This document shows, piece by piece, positions 25,463-36,901 of a DNA stretch of 64,000 nt; within the stretch, counting starts at the first letter, position 1; the number at the start of each line of letters is the position of its first letter. This stretch comes from Kondoa subrosea. Its lineage: Eukaryota. A program made the translations under genes and the position numbers. Location: the NCBI GenBank assembly GCA_039545335.1, contig BCIN01000001.1, positions 1,286,604 to 1,350,603 on the forward strand, given 5' to 3'. The notes below the pieces were generated by a model. It saw nothing but the letters and a program-made list of their open reading frames with translations. It was not told the origin of the DNA and made no database searches.

Positions 25463-27704
25463 ATGAGCACGACTTCTATTGATGCTGAAATAACAAAGCA
25501 AGGCGATGTGATTCGCCAAATGAAAGCTGACAAGGCAGACAAGAGTGAAATTGATGCTCAAGTCGCTGTTCTGTCCAAACTGAAAGCAGATAAAGCTGCA
25601 TTGACTGGTCAGTGAGAAAGTGAATTGGAATGCAAGGAGGGAAGAAGCTGATCATCCGAATGCAGGAGAAGCTCCTGCTGCTAGTGGAAGCAAAAGCAAG
25701 AAAGGCAAGCAGCTCATTCAGCTCAAAGTGCCAAAAGTAAGTTAGGGTGTCGCTTTATCCATTGGATATAGCGTGATGCCTGGGAACTTACAGGGCACGA
25801 AAGATCATCTTCCTCATGAGATGCTGTTGCGAAATCGTAAGTCCAATGCAGTTGTACCAATTCAGTGTATGCTAAACTCGTCAACTAGAAATCTTCAAGA
25901 CCATTACCACTGTCTTCGAGCGTCACGGAGGCGTGACTATAGATACACCAGTCTTTGAACTGAAAGAAATCCTTTCCGGCAAATATGGAGAGGACAGTAA
26001 ATTGATCTATGATTTGCAAGACCAAGGCGGAGAGCTTTGTAGTTTACGCTACGATTTGACTGTGCGTCTATATATCTCAACATACACTCTTTACTAAGAT
26101 GCTCTGAAGGTTCCCTTCGCTCGTTTCCTCGCTATGAATGGCTCAACTTACCAAAGTATCAAACGATACCATATTGCGAAAGTCTACAGGAGAGATAACC
26201 CAGCTATGACCAAAGGTCGAATGCGCGAGTTCTATCAATGCGTGGGCTTCCGTCATTGAGCTTTTGTCCAAAGCTGATTTCTGTGCGTACTAGGATTTCG
26301 ATATTGCTGGACAGTACGATGCTATGGTTCCAGATGCTGAGATCCTCAAGATCGCCTGTGAAATCTTTGAAGGTCTGCAAATCGACGACTTTACGATCAA
26401 AGTGCGCCAGAGAGACGCTTAGCATAGTGAATTATGCTGAGGTGTCTTTATTGGAACGCACAGCTCAACCACCGTAAGATCTTGGATGGCATTTTTACTG
26501 TTTGCGGAGTACCGGAAGACAAAGTACGAACGATTTCCAGTGCTGTGGACAAGCTAGACAAGGTGAATTCTGCCCCTGCATCTTCAATGCTGAGCTAACC
26601 TCTTGCTACTAGTCTCCTTGGTCAGAAGTTCGGAAAGAGATGACAGAAGAGAAAGGTCTGGATGGAGATGTTGCGGATCAGATAGGAGAATACGTCAAGC
26701 TAAAAGGTGCACTCGGTCGCTGTGCAAGCAATCTCTTTTGCTCAGCACTGACTATCTTGCACAGGCCAGCAAGACCTTTTGGACCGCCTTCTTAAGGATG
26801 AGAAGCTTACGGCAAACAAGACTGCGAAAGAAGGTCTGGATGATATGGCGATATTCCTTAAATACCTCACAATCTTTGGTGTACTGCCTCGAGTAAGCTA
26901 CTACTGAATTTATAACGATCATTTGTGCTAATCTCATGTAGATCTCTTTCGATTTATCTCTCGCTCGAGGTCTAGATTATTACACAGGCGTGATCTACGA
27001 ATGCGTTACTGAAGCTTCTGCACCGCCTGGCTTCTCAGCTTCTTCCTCTACTCCTGCAATAACTCCCACACCTACTTTGACACCAGAACAAGCCAAATCT
27101 AAGCCTTCGAAATCTGATGGCGAAGAAGTGGATGAGAGTCAAGTTGGAGTTGGCTCAATTGCAGCTGGTGGTCGATACGATAACTTGGTGGGGATGTTCG
27201 CTGCTGCTGCTTCTACATCCAAAAACAAAGATGCTGGGAAAATACCTTGCGTTGGAATTTCGTTTGGTGTTGAGCGCATTTTCTCCATTTTGCAACAAAG
27301 AGCGATGAAGGAAAGAGCGGATCAGAAAATGAAGACGAAAGAAGTCGATGTTTTCGTCATGGCTATCGGAGGCGGATTATTAGAAGAGCGGATGCAGATA
27401 GCCAGTTCGCTTTGGGATGCTGGTATTCGAGTGAGTGTCTTATATTTGGTGTCTTGATTTCGCTCAGGCTCTTGTACAGACGGAGTACACTTACAAGGCG
27501 AAACCGAAAGCTGCTGCTCAATGGGACGCGATTGACAGAGATTCGATACCGTTTGTTGTCATTGTCGGACCAGAAGAAATCAAAGAAGGCAAAGTGCTAG
27601 TCAAAGAGCAAGTTGGAAAGGAAGCAGCAGAAGGACGAGGAGTACCTGTGGAGGTTCAGCAGCTGGTCGCGTACTTGAAGGAAAGGCTGCCGAATAGATC
27701 TTAG
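25463..27704 (+). CDS. HTS1: Histidyl-tRNA synthetase with N-terminal WHEP domain (cytosolic start; upstream extension discussed in findings)
   Basis: [81 protein letters not shown], anticodon-binding domain. Confidence 0.97.
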
Positions 27705-27713
27705 AATTGCAAC

Positions 27714-28904
27714 CTAGATATCGCTCGGTCGCGAGAAAGTGTTCCAATTCTCTTCCAATTGCTTGACCCTGTCTTGAAATAAGTTTGAGCTTCGGCAATA
27801 TAGTAAACACCCTCACGTTTGTTCCACTGTCCAGCCTTTAGCATGCGCAATCACCTCAACTATGTCCGCCATCTTCTCATCACTGCCCAAAGGTGAAGCC
27901 CAGTCCGATTCAGCCAAAATTTTGTCATCTTTACAAGCCTGAATCACGCTCTCTAATTTCGGACTTCTAGCGTTGATAGTGGTGGAGAATGAGGCGAAGA
28001 TATTTGATTTCTTTGGTTTCTGCAACTGCTTCAGTGTTTCCGCACTTCCTCCATAAGAATGCAGATCAATATTGATTTTTTCCCAAGCTGATCCATGTTT
28101 CTTTTGCATCTTTTTCAATACTTCAACTAATTGAGCTTGAGCCTGAACGCAATGAACAGATGCGTTTCTTTTCAACTTGACTGCTAGATTCAATTGAGCT
28201 TCTAAAACAGCTACTTGATGCTCTATAGGCGTTTTCAATTCCGTATACGTTATTGGCGCATCACCTCGATCTGGTATTGAATAAGGTGCTATTAATCCAC
28301 CATAAGTTGGGATCCGAAAAGATCGATCTAGGCCTATTTCGCCCAAAAATGCAGTTGGATAACGAGTCAAAAGGGATTCCAAGCGTTCCGCGAAAGTGGA
28401 GAGGAGGACTGGGTCGGGAAGACGATGGATCAGATCTTGAGTGAGGTGTGACGAGGACGAATAAAGTGAATTGTAGTGTGCTTCTTTTGCTGGTAGATCG
28501 GTTTCGAGTGATAAAGCGTGACAAAACCATGGATGAATGCCTTTTACTATTCGTAAGCCAAGAGTCTTTGGGAACAGAATCACATCACAGACCAAAGCAG
28601 GGAATAACTTTGTCGGGAAACGAGTTATACATGTCCTCAGTGATTTCCTGATTGACAAGATTCGAAGACATGACACAAATCTATAAGCCGGGGAATAAGG
28701 ATAAAGTGAAAAGGAGAGGTAAGATGAGCTCGCCTGCTTGCATGCTACATCAGCGACTTTAGCTTTTAGCTTCTCGTTGTACTTTGGAGAATCCTATGCA
28801 GCGAAACGGGAATAAGAAGACACAATGACTCTCGGACTAGAAGATCGTACATGTGGATGACAGTGGACATCATGAAGAGAAGAGAGATAGCGAGTAGTAG
28901 TCAT
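27714..28904 (-). CDS. TatD-family metal-dependent hydrolase (Scn1-like)
   Basis: DVHCHPH, FGIHPWF, LGEIGLDRSF, SVHCVQ, LHSYGGS, ILAESD; last exon TVKQLEENWNTFSRPSDI*. Confidence 0.88.
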
Positions 28905-29132
28905 GATACAGAGCTGAAACAGAACAGGCTCGAGTGAATCCGCCAAGCAGCGGTGTTCTTTCTCAATAGATTTATACAGAACTGAGAGGACACACGTTCG
29001 CAAGTCTGCACGAGCTCACAAAGGCAAAAGCAGGCCGTTCAAGACAAGGCATCTCTTTTCCAAAATCGACCAAGTTTCGAATTCCCTTGCCTCTACAGCT
29101 TGAGCCGCCACTCCTATACACGTAATACTACA

Positions 29133-30970
29133 ATGTCTGATCGCAAGAACGTCTTGAGTGAGTAGCTGTCTGGCTCAGACCAGCTCTGAGGCTGATATTG
29201 AATGTATAGTTGTGCGATATTATGATTTTTGCGAGACCCGCCGTGACTGACGCTATGGCTCATAGACTGGTGGTGCTGGTGAGTGATGGCCTCGCGTCTT
29301 CGTATTGAATTACTTGAACATCTGTGAACAGGTTACATTGGTCAATCACGTTTCTTGGCCCTGTAGACCTGCTGCTCATCTCGCGTCAATAGGCTCTCAT
29401 GTCGTGCTCTGCTGCTTGCTGGCCAAGAAGTATCGCGTTTGCACCATCGACAAGTAAGCTCACCTTCCGCTTGCCGACAAACCTTCTTATATCCCGAACT
29501 ATTGGCAGCTACCACAATTCTTTCCCTGAAGCTATCAAGCGCGTCTCTCAAATCGCTAGATCAGAATTAGGCGAATCCGCCTCAGAAGAAGATAAAGCTG
29601 CAACTGAAGTCGAAGTATTTAAAGGCGATATCACCAACCCTAAAGACATTGATGCCATCTTCGAAGCTTACAAGGACAAGGGAGGCATCTGGGGTCTGAT
29701 CCATATCGCTGCACACAAAGCTGTAGGCGAAAGCGGTGAAAAGCCTATCCAGTACTACAGAAACAACATCAATGCGACTGTAAACTTGATGGATGTCAGT
29801 TTGTCTTCCTTTGTGTGCTCTCTTTGAGCTCACGATCAAGTTGACTGACAGGCCTGCGATCGTTATGGAACAAGACATATTGTCTACTCTTCGTCTGCAA
29901 CAGTCTACGGAGCACCAACAACCATTCCTATTCCTGAAACCACTCCTTTAGTAGCAGAATCATGCTACGGTCGAACTAAAGTCATGTCGGAAATGATCTT
30001 GAAAGACATTTGCGATTCCGACCCAAAAAGTTGGAGATGCATCGCTCTTCGCTACTTCAACCCTGCTGGAGCTCATCCTTCTGGTCTGATCGGAGAAGAT
30101 CCAAGAGGAAGACCAGGTAACTTGCTACCTCTTTTGGCTCAAATGGCAGTTGGCAAAGTGGATGCATCAAAATTGGAAGTGTTTGGAAACGATTACCCTA
30201 CTCCCGATGGAACATGTGTTGTGAGTGGAAATGGATAAATTTTAGGGTGTTCTAATATTATCCGTGGTCGTAACTCACAGCGCGATTACATTCACGTAAG
30301 CTCACCCAACCTCTTCCCAAATGAAATCCGCTCAAAGGTCATATTATTAGGTTATGGATCTTGCTCAAGGTCACATCGACGCAATCAACGCACTAGACAG
30401 GGATGAAATCTTTGTTACCAAACAATCCGGTTCTTCTTTCGGTGGTTCAGGCGGAAAATTCAAGGCCTACAACTTGGGTAAAGGAAAGGGTATGAGTGTG
30501 CTCAAGTACGTATGACCATCTCTGTCTAGCATATATGCTAATTTGAGGAATAGCATGATCGAAGCCATGCACGTTGCCAGCGGATTCGATTACAAGTATA
30601 AGTAAGTATGATCTTTTGGAATAAGGAATTGCAGCTGAAGTAAGATGATAGGCTTGTTGGACGAAGGTGTGTAAAGACCTGTTCAGTCAGCATTCAGATG
30701 ATTGAGCGGAGGCTTATTGCACACAGAATCGGAGATGTGCCAGATTTGACTGCTGATCCAGCTTTGGCCGAAAAGGAGCTGGGTTTCCTTGCTAAGAATG
30801 ACTTGAAGACCATGTGCCGGTACGTCTGCGTTGAATGTCAGAAGTGCTAGCTAAATTTGGCTCGCTAGCGATCAATGGAATTGGCAATCAAAGAACCCTA
30901 AGGTATGTTGTGCCTATGTTCTGTAGACATTCACTCAAGTGCTGGGCAGGGTTACGAGACTTCTAGCTAG
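29133..30970 (+). CDS. UGE1: UDP-glucose 4-epimerase (stand-alone, no mutarotase fusion), micro-exon-rich
   Basis: Spliced [69 protein letters not shown]. Confidence 0.96.
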
Positions 30971-31193
30971 ACATCGGAATAGATGACAAGCAGCTGAACG
31001 AGGAACGAGGGTTTGAAGCAGTACTTTAGAGTTTTTAGAGGGTTTCTGTAGCGGCGTGTGCAAAAAGTTGACAATTTGGTCGCACATCTAGTGACAATAC
31101 GGAAGCCCGGTGCATATAATTTCCATTACAAGTTATGAAAGAAACACGAATCCCCTGTTCTGCCTAACCCTACTTTCACCGAGTCGATCCAAA

Positions 31194-32536
31194 TCAATGT
31201 TTTCTAGCCTTGACGAAAAGAGGAGCGAAGTCGTTGGGTACTTCAGCAAGGACCGGACTAAGCGAGAAGAGAAGAGTCAGACACGAAAGACAATTGGATC
31301 GAAGCACATGACTGACCCAGCAACGGTGTTCTCATCAGTTAGTCCTCCAGCGTCCTTGCTGGTAGAAACGACAATGTAAACTGTTCCACGAATAGGAGGC
31401 GAGATGAAAGAGTGGTTCTTCTTCATCTTGACGACATAAGGTTCCAAACCGGATAAGACGTGAGCGTAAAGAGGAGTGTTACCAACGTTGCATTCGAATT
31501 TAAGTTGAATGGTGCGTCCAACATCACCGACGATGGAAAGAGCTGGGAATTGTTTGACTGGAAGAGTTGGGTTGGTAGAAGGACACTTCTTGATGAAAGG
31601 AGCAGCCAAAGAGTAGACTTGAGAGAATCCTAGAGGAGTGTCGAAAGCGGAAGGGAATCCAATGCCACCGTTGATTTCAGCAATGACGGCTTGGTGACGG
31701 GCTGTACACCAATGGGAAGTACGATCAGTACACAGTTAAGACTTGTTCTCAAGCTGGTCTTGACAAACCTTCAACAGTGAGCTGATGTGAGATGCAAAGG
31801 TCAGTGATGAGAACAAAATCATCATCCGGAGAAGGCATACGATGGCTCCAGCGGCTCCAAGGTAATAGTCACTGGTGATAAGAGGAGCAGCACCTCTGCC
31901 AACCAGATTAAAAGATGATCAGCATGATCCAATAGCAGAGACCAGACTTACAAGTAAGCTGATACACCAACGGACTCGAGAACACGCGAGAGTCCCAAAG
32001 CTTGGTCGAGAGTGGTGTAAGGGAAAGAACTCCATGGTTTGATCAGCTTTCGATCTATCGGGGAAAGGATTGCACAAGAACATACTATTCACAAGCTTTG
32101 GTAGCTGATGCACCGATAACGCTCTGCAAAGTAGCTACGTGAACTGCTTCTTGGCGAGCGAGTTCAGCAACGCGTTGATAGACTGCTGCAGAGTAACCAG
32201 CTTTGGCGAATGCTTTCTGGTTGAATTTGGCAAGAATGCCAGCATACTATTCATTTCGTAATGTATAAGGAGGAAGTTGTCCAAAAGAAGAAGAAGAGCT
32301 TACGAAGTTGGCCTCAAGGTGTTCAAGAGCTGTGTAATAAATTGAGCCCAGTGAGACTTCCATCAGGATGGAAACTGACTTAAGGCATATTGAAGAATAG
32401 TCTATTCCACTCATTTAGTCAATTACCGCGCAAAGATAGATTATTGTAGGCTCACAGTATCAATGTTTGGTTGAGCAGATTGAGCGGCTACAACGGCGGC
32501 GAAAGAAGCGACGATGGCTGCAGCAGTGATCTTCAT
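31194..32536 (-). CDS. Secreted ferritin-like domain protein (Rds1 / desiccation-related type)
   Basis: Signal peptide MKITAAAIVASFAAVVAA; ILQYALTLEHLEANFY; QEAVHV; LESVGVSAYLGAA; ILTVEARHQ; FDTPLG; PFIKKCP. Confidence 0.88.
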
Positions 32537-33214
32537 AATTGTTTGGTTTAGTGTTGTTGTTTAAAGGAGTGGAAGGGTGTAAAGGAGTGTGAGTTGTTGT
32601 TAAAGGAGTGTAGTGGTAGTTGGGGCTGGAGAAATGTGCTTGTTAGTGCTTGATGAAGAAGAAGAGAAGGAAGGAAGAAAGCGAACCTTTCTTAACCAAG
32701 CTTTGTTGTTTGTTGTTAAGCATGCTTGCCGTATAGATGCGAGGCGTAAGGCCTTAAAAGCGTAAAGTTGTCCCACGCCGATCGAAATCATCGAATCCCG
32801 TTCGAAATACCGTTCGAGCGGGATTGTAATTGGCCCATGGATTAGCCCCGGTTTACGCGACGGAAGAATGTGGAGACCAATGTCTACGATAACGACCAGC
32901 TGGCCACAGCCAGAAGGGGCAGTAGTGAAGATGACCATTAGCAGAAGAATCTCTTGGAACCACGCGCCAGTCCAAGAAATGAAAGAGATTGTCAGAATGT
33001 GCGACCTGGACAGCATGCAGGCATTGGGAGAGGAGAAAAGATGAGGAGATGGAGAAGGTGGTACTAGAGGAACAATGGGTATTAATGTTTCGAATCTCGT
33101 GCTAATTTTACAGTCTGTCGTCAATCGTTCAATTAACGGGAGATCGAATTTTTGAAGCAAAAGCGCTTACTACTGCTGTCGTCCCAGATCACACTCATCA
33201 CCCCTGTTTCCCTT

Positions 33215-33921
33215 TCACGCAACTGAGTTCTTTCTTAAAGGTTTCGTTACCACATCTTCCATTTTATGAAATTGAGCTGCTCCAGTCTGTTGAATCTTCC
33301 TAGCGGTTTCTTTGCCTCCTTGAATCATGGCATATGCAGCTACATATACGTAAATCAGTAAATCAAGCTGCAGAAAGCGGGGTTAAACCTTACCATCATC
33401 AGCTGAGAAAGTCTTATCCGTTTTGATTGTGAGTTTGTTGCTTTCCATTTCAACACCTTTTTGCTGTAGACCAGCTTTGGATTTCCTAGTAATGAAAAAA
33501 GTAACTCAGCAAAGAGGGAGAAAGCAGATTCAAGGTAGACATACGCTATTGATGCATCCAATGCCACTGGTACGGTGTAAAAGAGATACTAGAACCAACA
33601 CAAGGGTTTCAACACCAGAGCAGGGTTGTAACGAATGAATTAGAAGCAGCATACGAGTAAACCGGCGCATATGCCTAGAAAGACAGTGAAACCAACAAAA
33701 TCACCAAATGACAGTGGAGGTTGACTAGGCGTTACAGCATGCAAGACTGTCCTTGATCCTCTTCCTGTTATGGATAGTGCACTTGCTATTGTGTGTACGA
33801 TGCTTGAAAGAATACGGAATGGTGTATAGATGATCCAAAGCAGACCCATCAAAATAGCCATAGCAGTCGCTTTTGCGGTCCGAGCGATGTACACTATAGG
33901 CTTCAGATAAGAGTTGGGCAT
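33215..33921 (-). CDS. Hypothetical membrane protein, about 4 exons
   Basis: ATG 33921 MPNSYLKPIVY...; two hydrophobic segments; GT-AG introns join in frame to ...KPLRKNSVA*. Confidence 0.55.
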
Positions 33922-33995
33922 CTTTAGTGGTATCGCTGTCCGCAAACAACAGCTGACTTCCAACAATAATTCTTCGAGGTCTCCAGCGAACGGTC

Positions 33996-35376
33996 ATGTC
34001 AGCCTCTACGTCTCGTTTACTACCACGAGTGACTCCTAGAGCTGCATCAATAAAGTCAAGCACAGCTGGCAAGCAGCAACAAGTTCGAAATGCCTCTGAT
34101 TTGAGAGTTTCGCACGATGGAAGACCTTTAATCAGATTCGGTCCTGGCGGAAGAAGTACTACCACTGGTCAAGTAGCTACTGTTTTTGGTTGCACTGGCT
34201 TCTTGGGAAGATACCTGGTCCATAAATTGGGTCAGTTTGAAGTGAAGCTGTTCATATGAGTCTGAATAGCTTCCCATTGGTACATCTCACAGCCAAGCAA
34301 GGGACACAAGTAGTGATTCCTTACAGAGAAGAAGATGATAAGCGGCATTTGAAAGTGATGGGAGATTTGGGTCAGATTATACCAATGGTCAGTTCCTCTT
34401 AGACGCTGTCATATTGCCTGCAGTCTGAGCTTGATTGACAGGAATGGAGTCTACGCAATGATACTCAGATAGAAGAATGTCTAAGACACTCAAATGTAGT
34501 TTACAATCTAGTTGGCCGAGATCATGAAACCAAGTCAGTACAAGCTATACCTCTGTCTAGTATTATGTCGCTGATGAGAATGACAGAAACTATCGCTTTC
34601 CTGATGTACATGTCGAAGGGGCTCGACGAATAGCTCGAATTGCTCATCAAGCAGGAGTAGCTCGCCTAATCCACGTCTCACACCTCAACGCAAGACATGA
34701 TTCACCTTCTAAATTCTATCGATCTAAAGCAGAAGGCGAAGAAGCCGTCGCAGAAGCTTTCCCAGGAAGCACTATAGTTAGACCTGGTTGGTTGTTTGGT
34801 CATGAAGATCGTTTACTCAATACCGTTGCAAACTATCCAATGGCTTTCAGATTGAACAATCAAGAAACTCTAATTAAACCAGCTCATGTTTTGGATGTTG
34901 CTGAAGCAATGAAAATCATGATGAATGCCGATTCGACAATGGGCCAAACTTTCTCTTTAGGTGGACCGAAAACTTATTCTTTTGAAGAGATTATTGCAAT
35001 TGCTGAATTGGAAACTGTTCGAAAACTACAAGGATTCAACGTACCTAAATTCTTGGCTTCAATGGTTACTAGAGTTTGGGAAAATGTTTGGTGGCCTACT
35101 TTGAGTCCTGATGAGATTACGAGAAGATGTATGGATGATTTAGCGGATGAAAAGGGAACTTTGAGTTGGGAATATTTGGGAATGAAACCGGATTCTTTGG
35201 AAGAGTTGGCTGTCATTTACCTCAGGAGGCATCGTTCGGCTCAATACTATGATCGTGAGTAATCATTTGCATTCCCTTATGATTAAACTGATGCAATTGT
35301 TTTCCATTTTACAGGCCCTTCTGCTTTGCAAGGAGGATTGAAATTGAGGAAGCCTTCGTATCATACCATTGAATAG
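33996..35376 (+). CDS. NDUFA9: NADH:ubiquinone oxidoreductase 39/40 kDa subunit
   Basis: Mitochondrial presequence; GGRSTTTGQVATVFGCTGFLGRYLV; HLKVMGDLGQI; VVYNLVGRD; IVRPGWLFGHEDR. Confidence 0.95.
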
Positions 35377-35801
35377 CCAGACGATACTATGCAATTGATT
35401 CTACAGTGAAAAGGTAGACGAACGAACAAGCGATTACACAGGAATCTGACATCTCGCTAAAAAACTTTCAGCAATTGACATTAGCATCTCTTGTTAGATC
35501 CCCTGCATAGAATGGTAGATGTATTGTCTCCATAGGCATAGCGACTCGTAAGGATATGTGCGTCGTCGAATAGGCAGCGAATGCACCTTATACATCATCT
35601 ATACTCTCGCCGCGTTGCTTTATCCGGGACCCTATCTTAATGTTCGTTGCGTTCGGAAGCAGTGGCATCTGATTTGTCGAGCAGTCTTCTGTGACTAGAT
35701 CAATCTTGATGACAATTTGCCAAGTCATAAGAGCGCAACACTAAGTGAAGCGTCCAGGTCGGTCCTTGAACGAGTTCTGCTCGACGAGTCAGGTTAAGCA
35801 G

Positions 35802-36624
35802 TCATACTTCTATGATGAAGATTGCATGAGTAAAGGAGAATGCTTTGCAGAAAAGACTGGATTTTATGGTAGCAGAGACAATCTGGGAAAGGCAAGGAAT
35901 GAGGTGAATGAAAGCGAAGCAAGAAAAGACCAATGAGAACATCAAGAAGAAGACAAGAGGAAAGGAAAGTATAGCAAAGCAAATAAAGGCGAGAGGAAAA
36001 ACCTGTTCAACCGCAGCTAAAAGCTTCATTACGCCTTACTTTGCCTAGTTCAATTTGACGCTGAGCTTAGCTGCAAAACCTTCAATGATCTTGACAGTCT
36101 CATTAGCCAAAGCTTTGTGATCCTCGTCAGTCCAGGTGGCCTCGTTGATAGACTTGAGAAGGGTCATACGGTATTCCAGCAATTGTGCGACTACCGTTAC
36201 TTGGATTTGCGATTTCAACTTTGCATAGAGGGTGTACATCCAGAGAGCAGTGCCGACGAAACCGATGATGAGTACAATGAGGTTGGTGGTAGAGATGGAG
36301 AGGTTAGCTGTAATAGTTTTTAGCGCCTTGTCAGAACTAGAAGGTATTCGAGAGAGCAGCTTACCTCGAGCCATTCTAAGACTAGCACGTGCCTCCTTCA
36401 ACTCAACCGACTCTCCTGGCCTAATGACAGCGTTCTGGTATGTAGGAGGTGCTTCGTTCACGTTGCTTTCCTTCTTTGCACCTTGCCCAACACGTCTGTG
36501 ATTGATTTTGTTGCCATCGGCTGTGCTACCATGAAGTGGCGATAGTGGATCGATGCAGCCTGAGCAAGAAATAGCACATTGTCAGCAAAGAGAGGAGACG
36601 CCAAGAGAGCTGACTTGACGACAT
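35802..36624 (-). CDS. Hypothetical membrane protein with PPxY motif, multi-exon
   Basis: ATG 36624, intron, then ...EAPPTYQ..., TM segment LIVLIIGFVGTALWMY; intron 36003-36059 joins in frame to the hydrophobic VFPLAFICFAIL segment. Confidence 0.55.
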
Positions 36625-36901
36625 TGTGAAGATGTACTCGTGAAGATGATGGTGCAGGAAAGAAAAGAAAAGAAAAGGGAGAGAAGCCTCATGTCTTGAG
36701 AAGGTCACCGAATGTTTCTATGAGCAACCCGATATTCATGCAGGAACAGTAGAAGAATCCATTAGTTCAGATCGTGAAAGCAAGGACAGACAGGCGACAA
36801 GCATAGAAACAGTAGACGCGGCTCCTCATCATTGCATTCAAGCAAATATTAGGCATTCGATATATTGCGACGCAGCACTTTCCTTTCGAACGAGTCAAAG
36901 A

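Noticed and set aside
1916..29576. Identical 18-mer GATCAGAATTAGGCGAAT near 1916 and 29559, with a partial copy near 5536
   Set aside because: All copies lie in coding exons of unrelated genes encoding (S/P)ELGE; there is no extended similarity, so chance plus codon bias is likely
32794..32825. Iron-responsive element upstream of a ferritin-like gene
   Set aside because: The loop lacks CAGUGN, and the IRE/IRP system is not established in fungi
32600..33160. 186-aa minus-strand ORF
   Set aside because: It has a non-ATG start, lies in the promoter and leader region of the ferritin-like gene, and shows no recognisable motifs
35802..36029. Separate 75-aa ORF starting 15 bp after an upstream stop (possible dicistron)
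   Set aside because: Better explained as a downstream exon of the same gene via intron 36003-36059, which removes both the stop and the ATG
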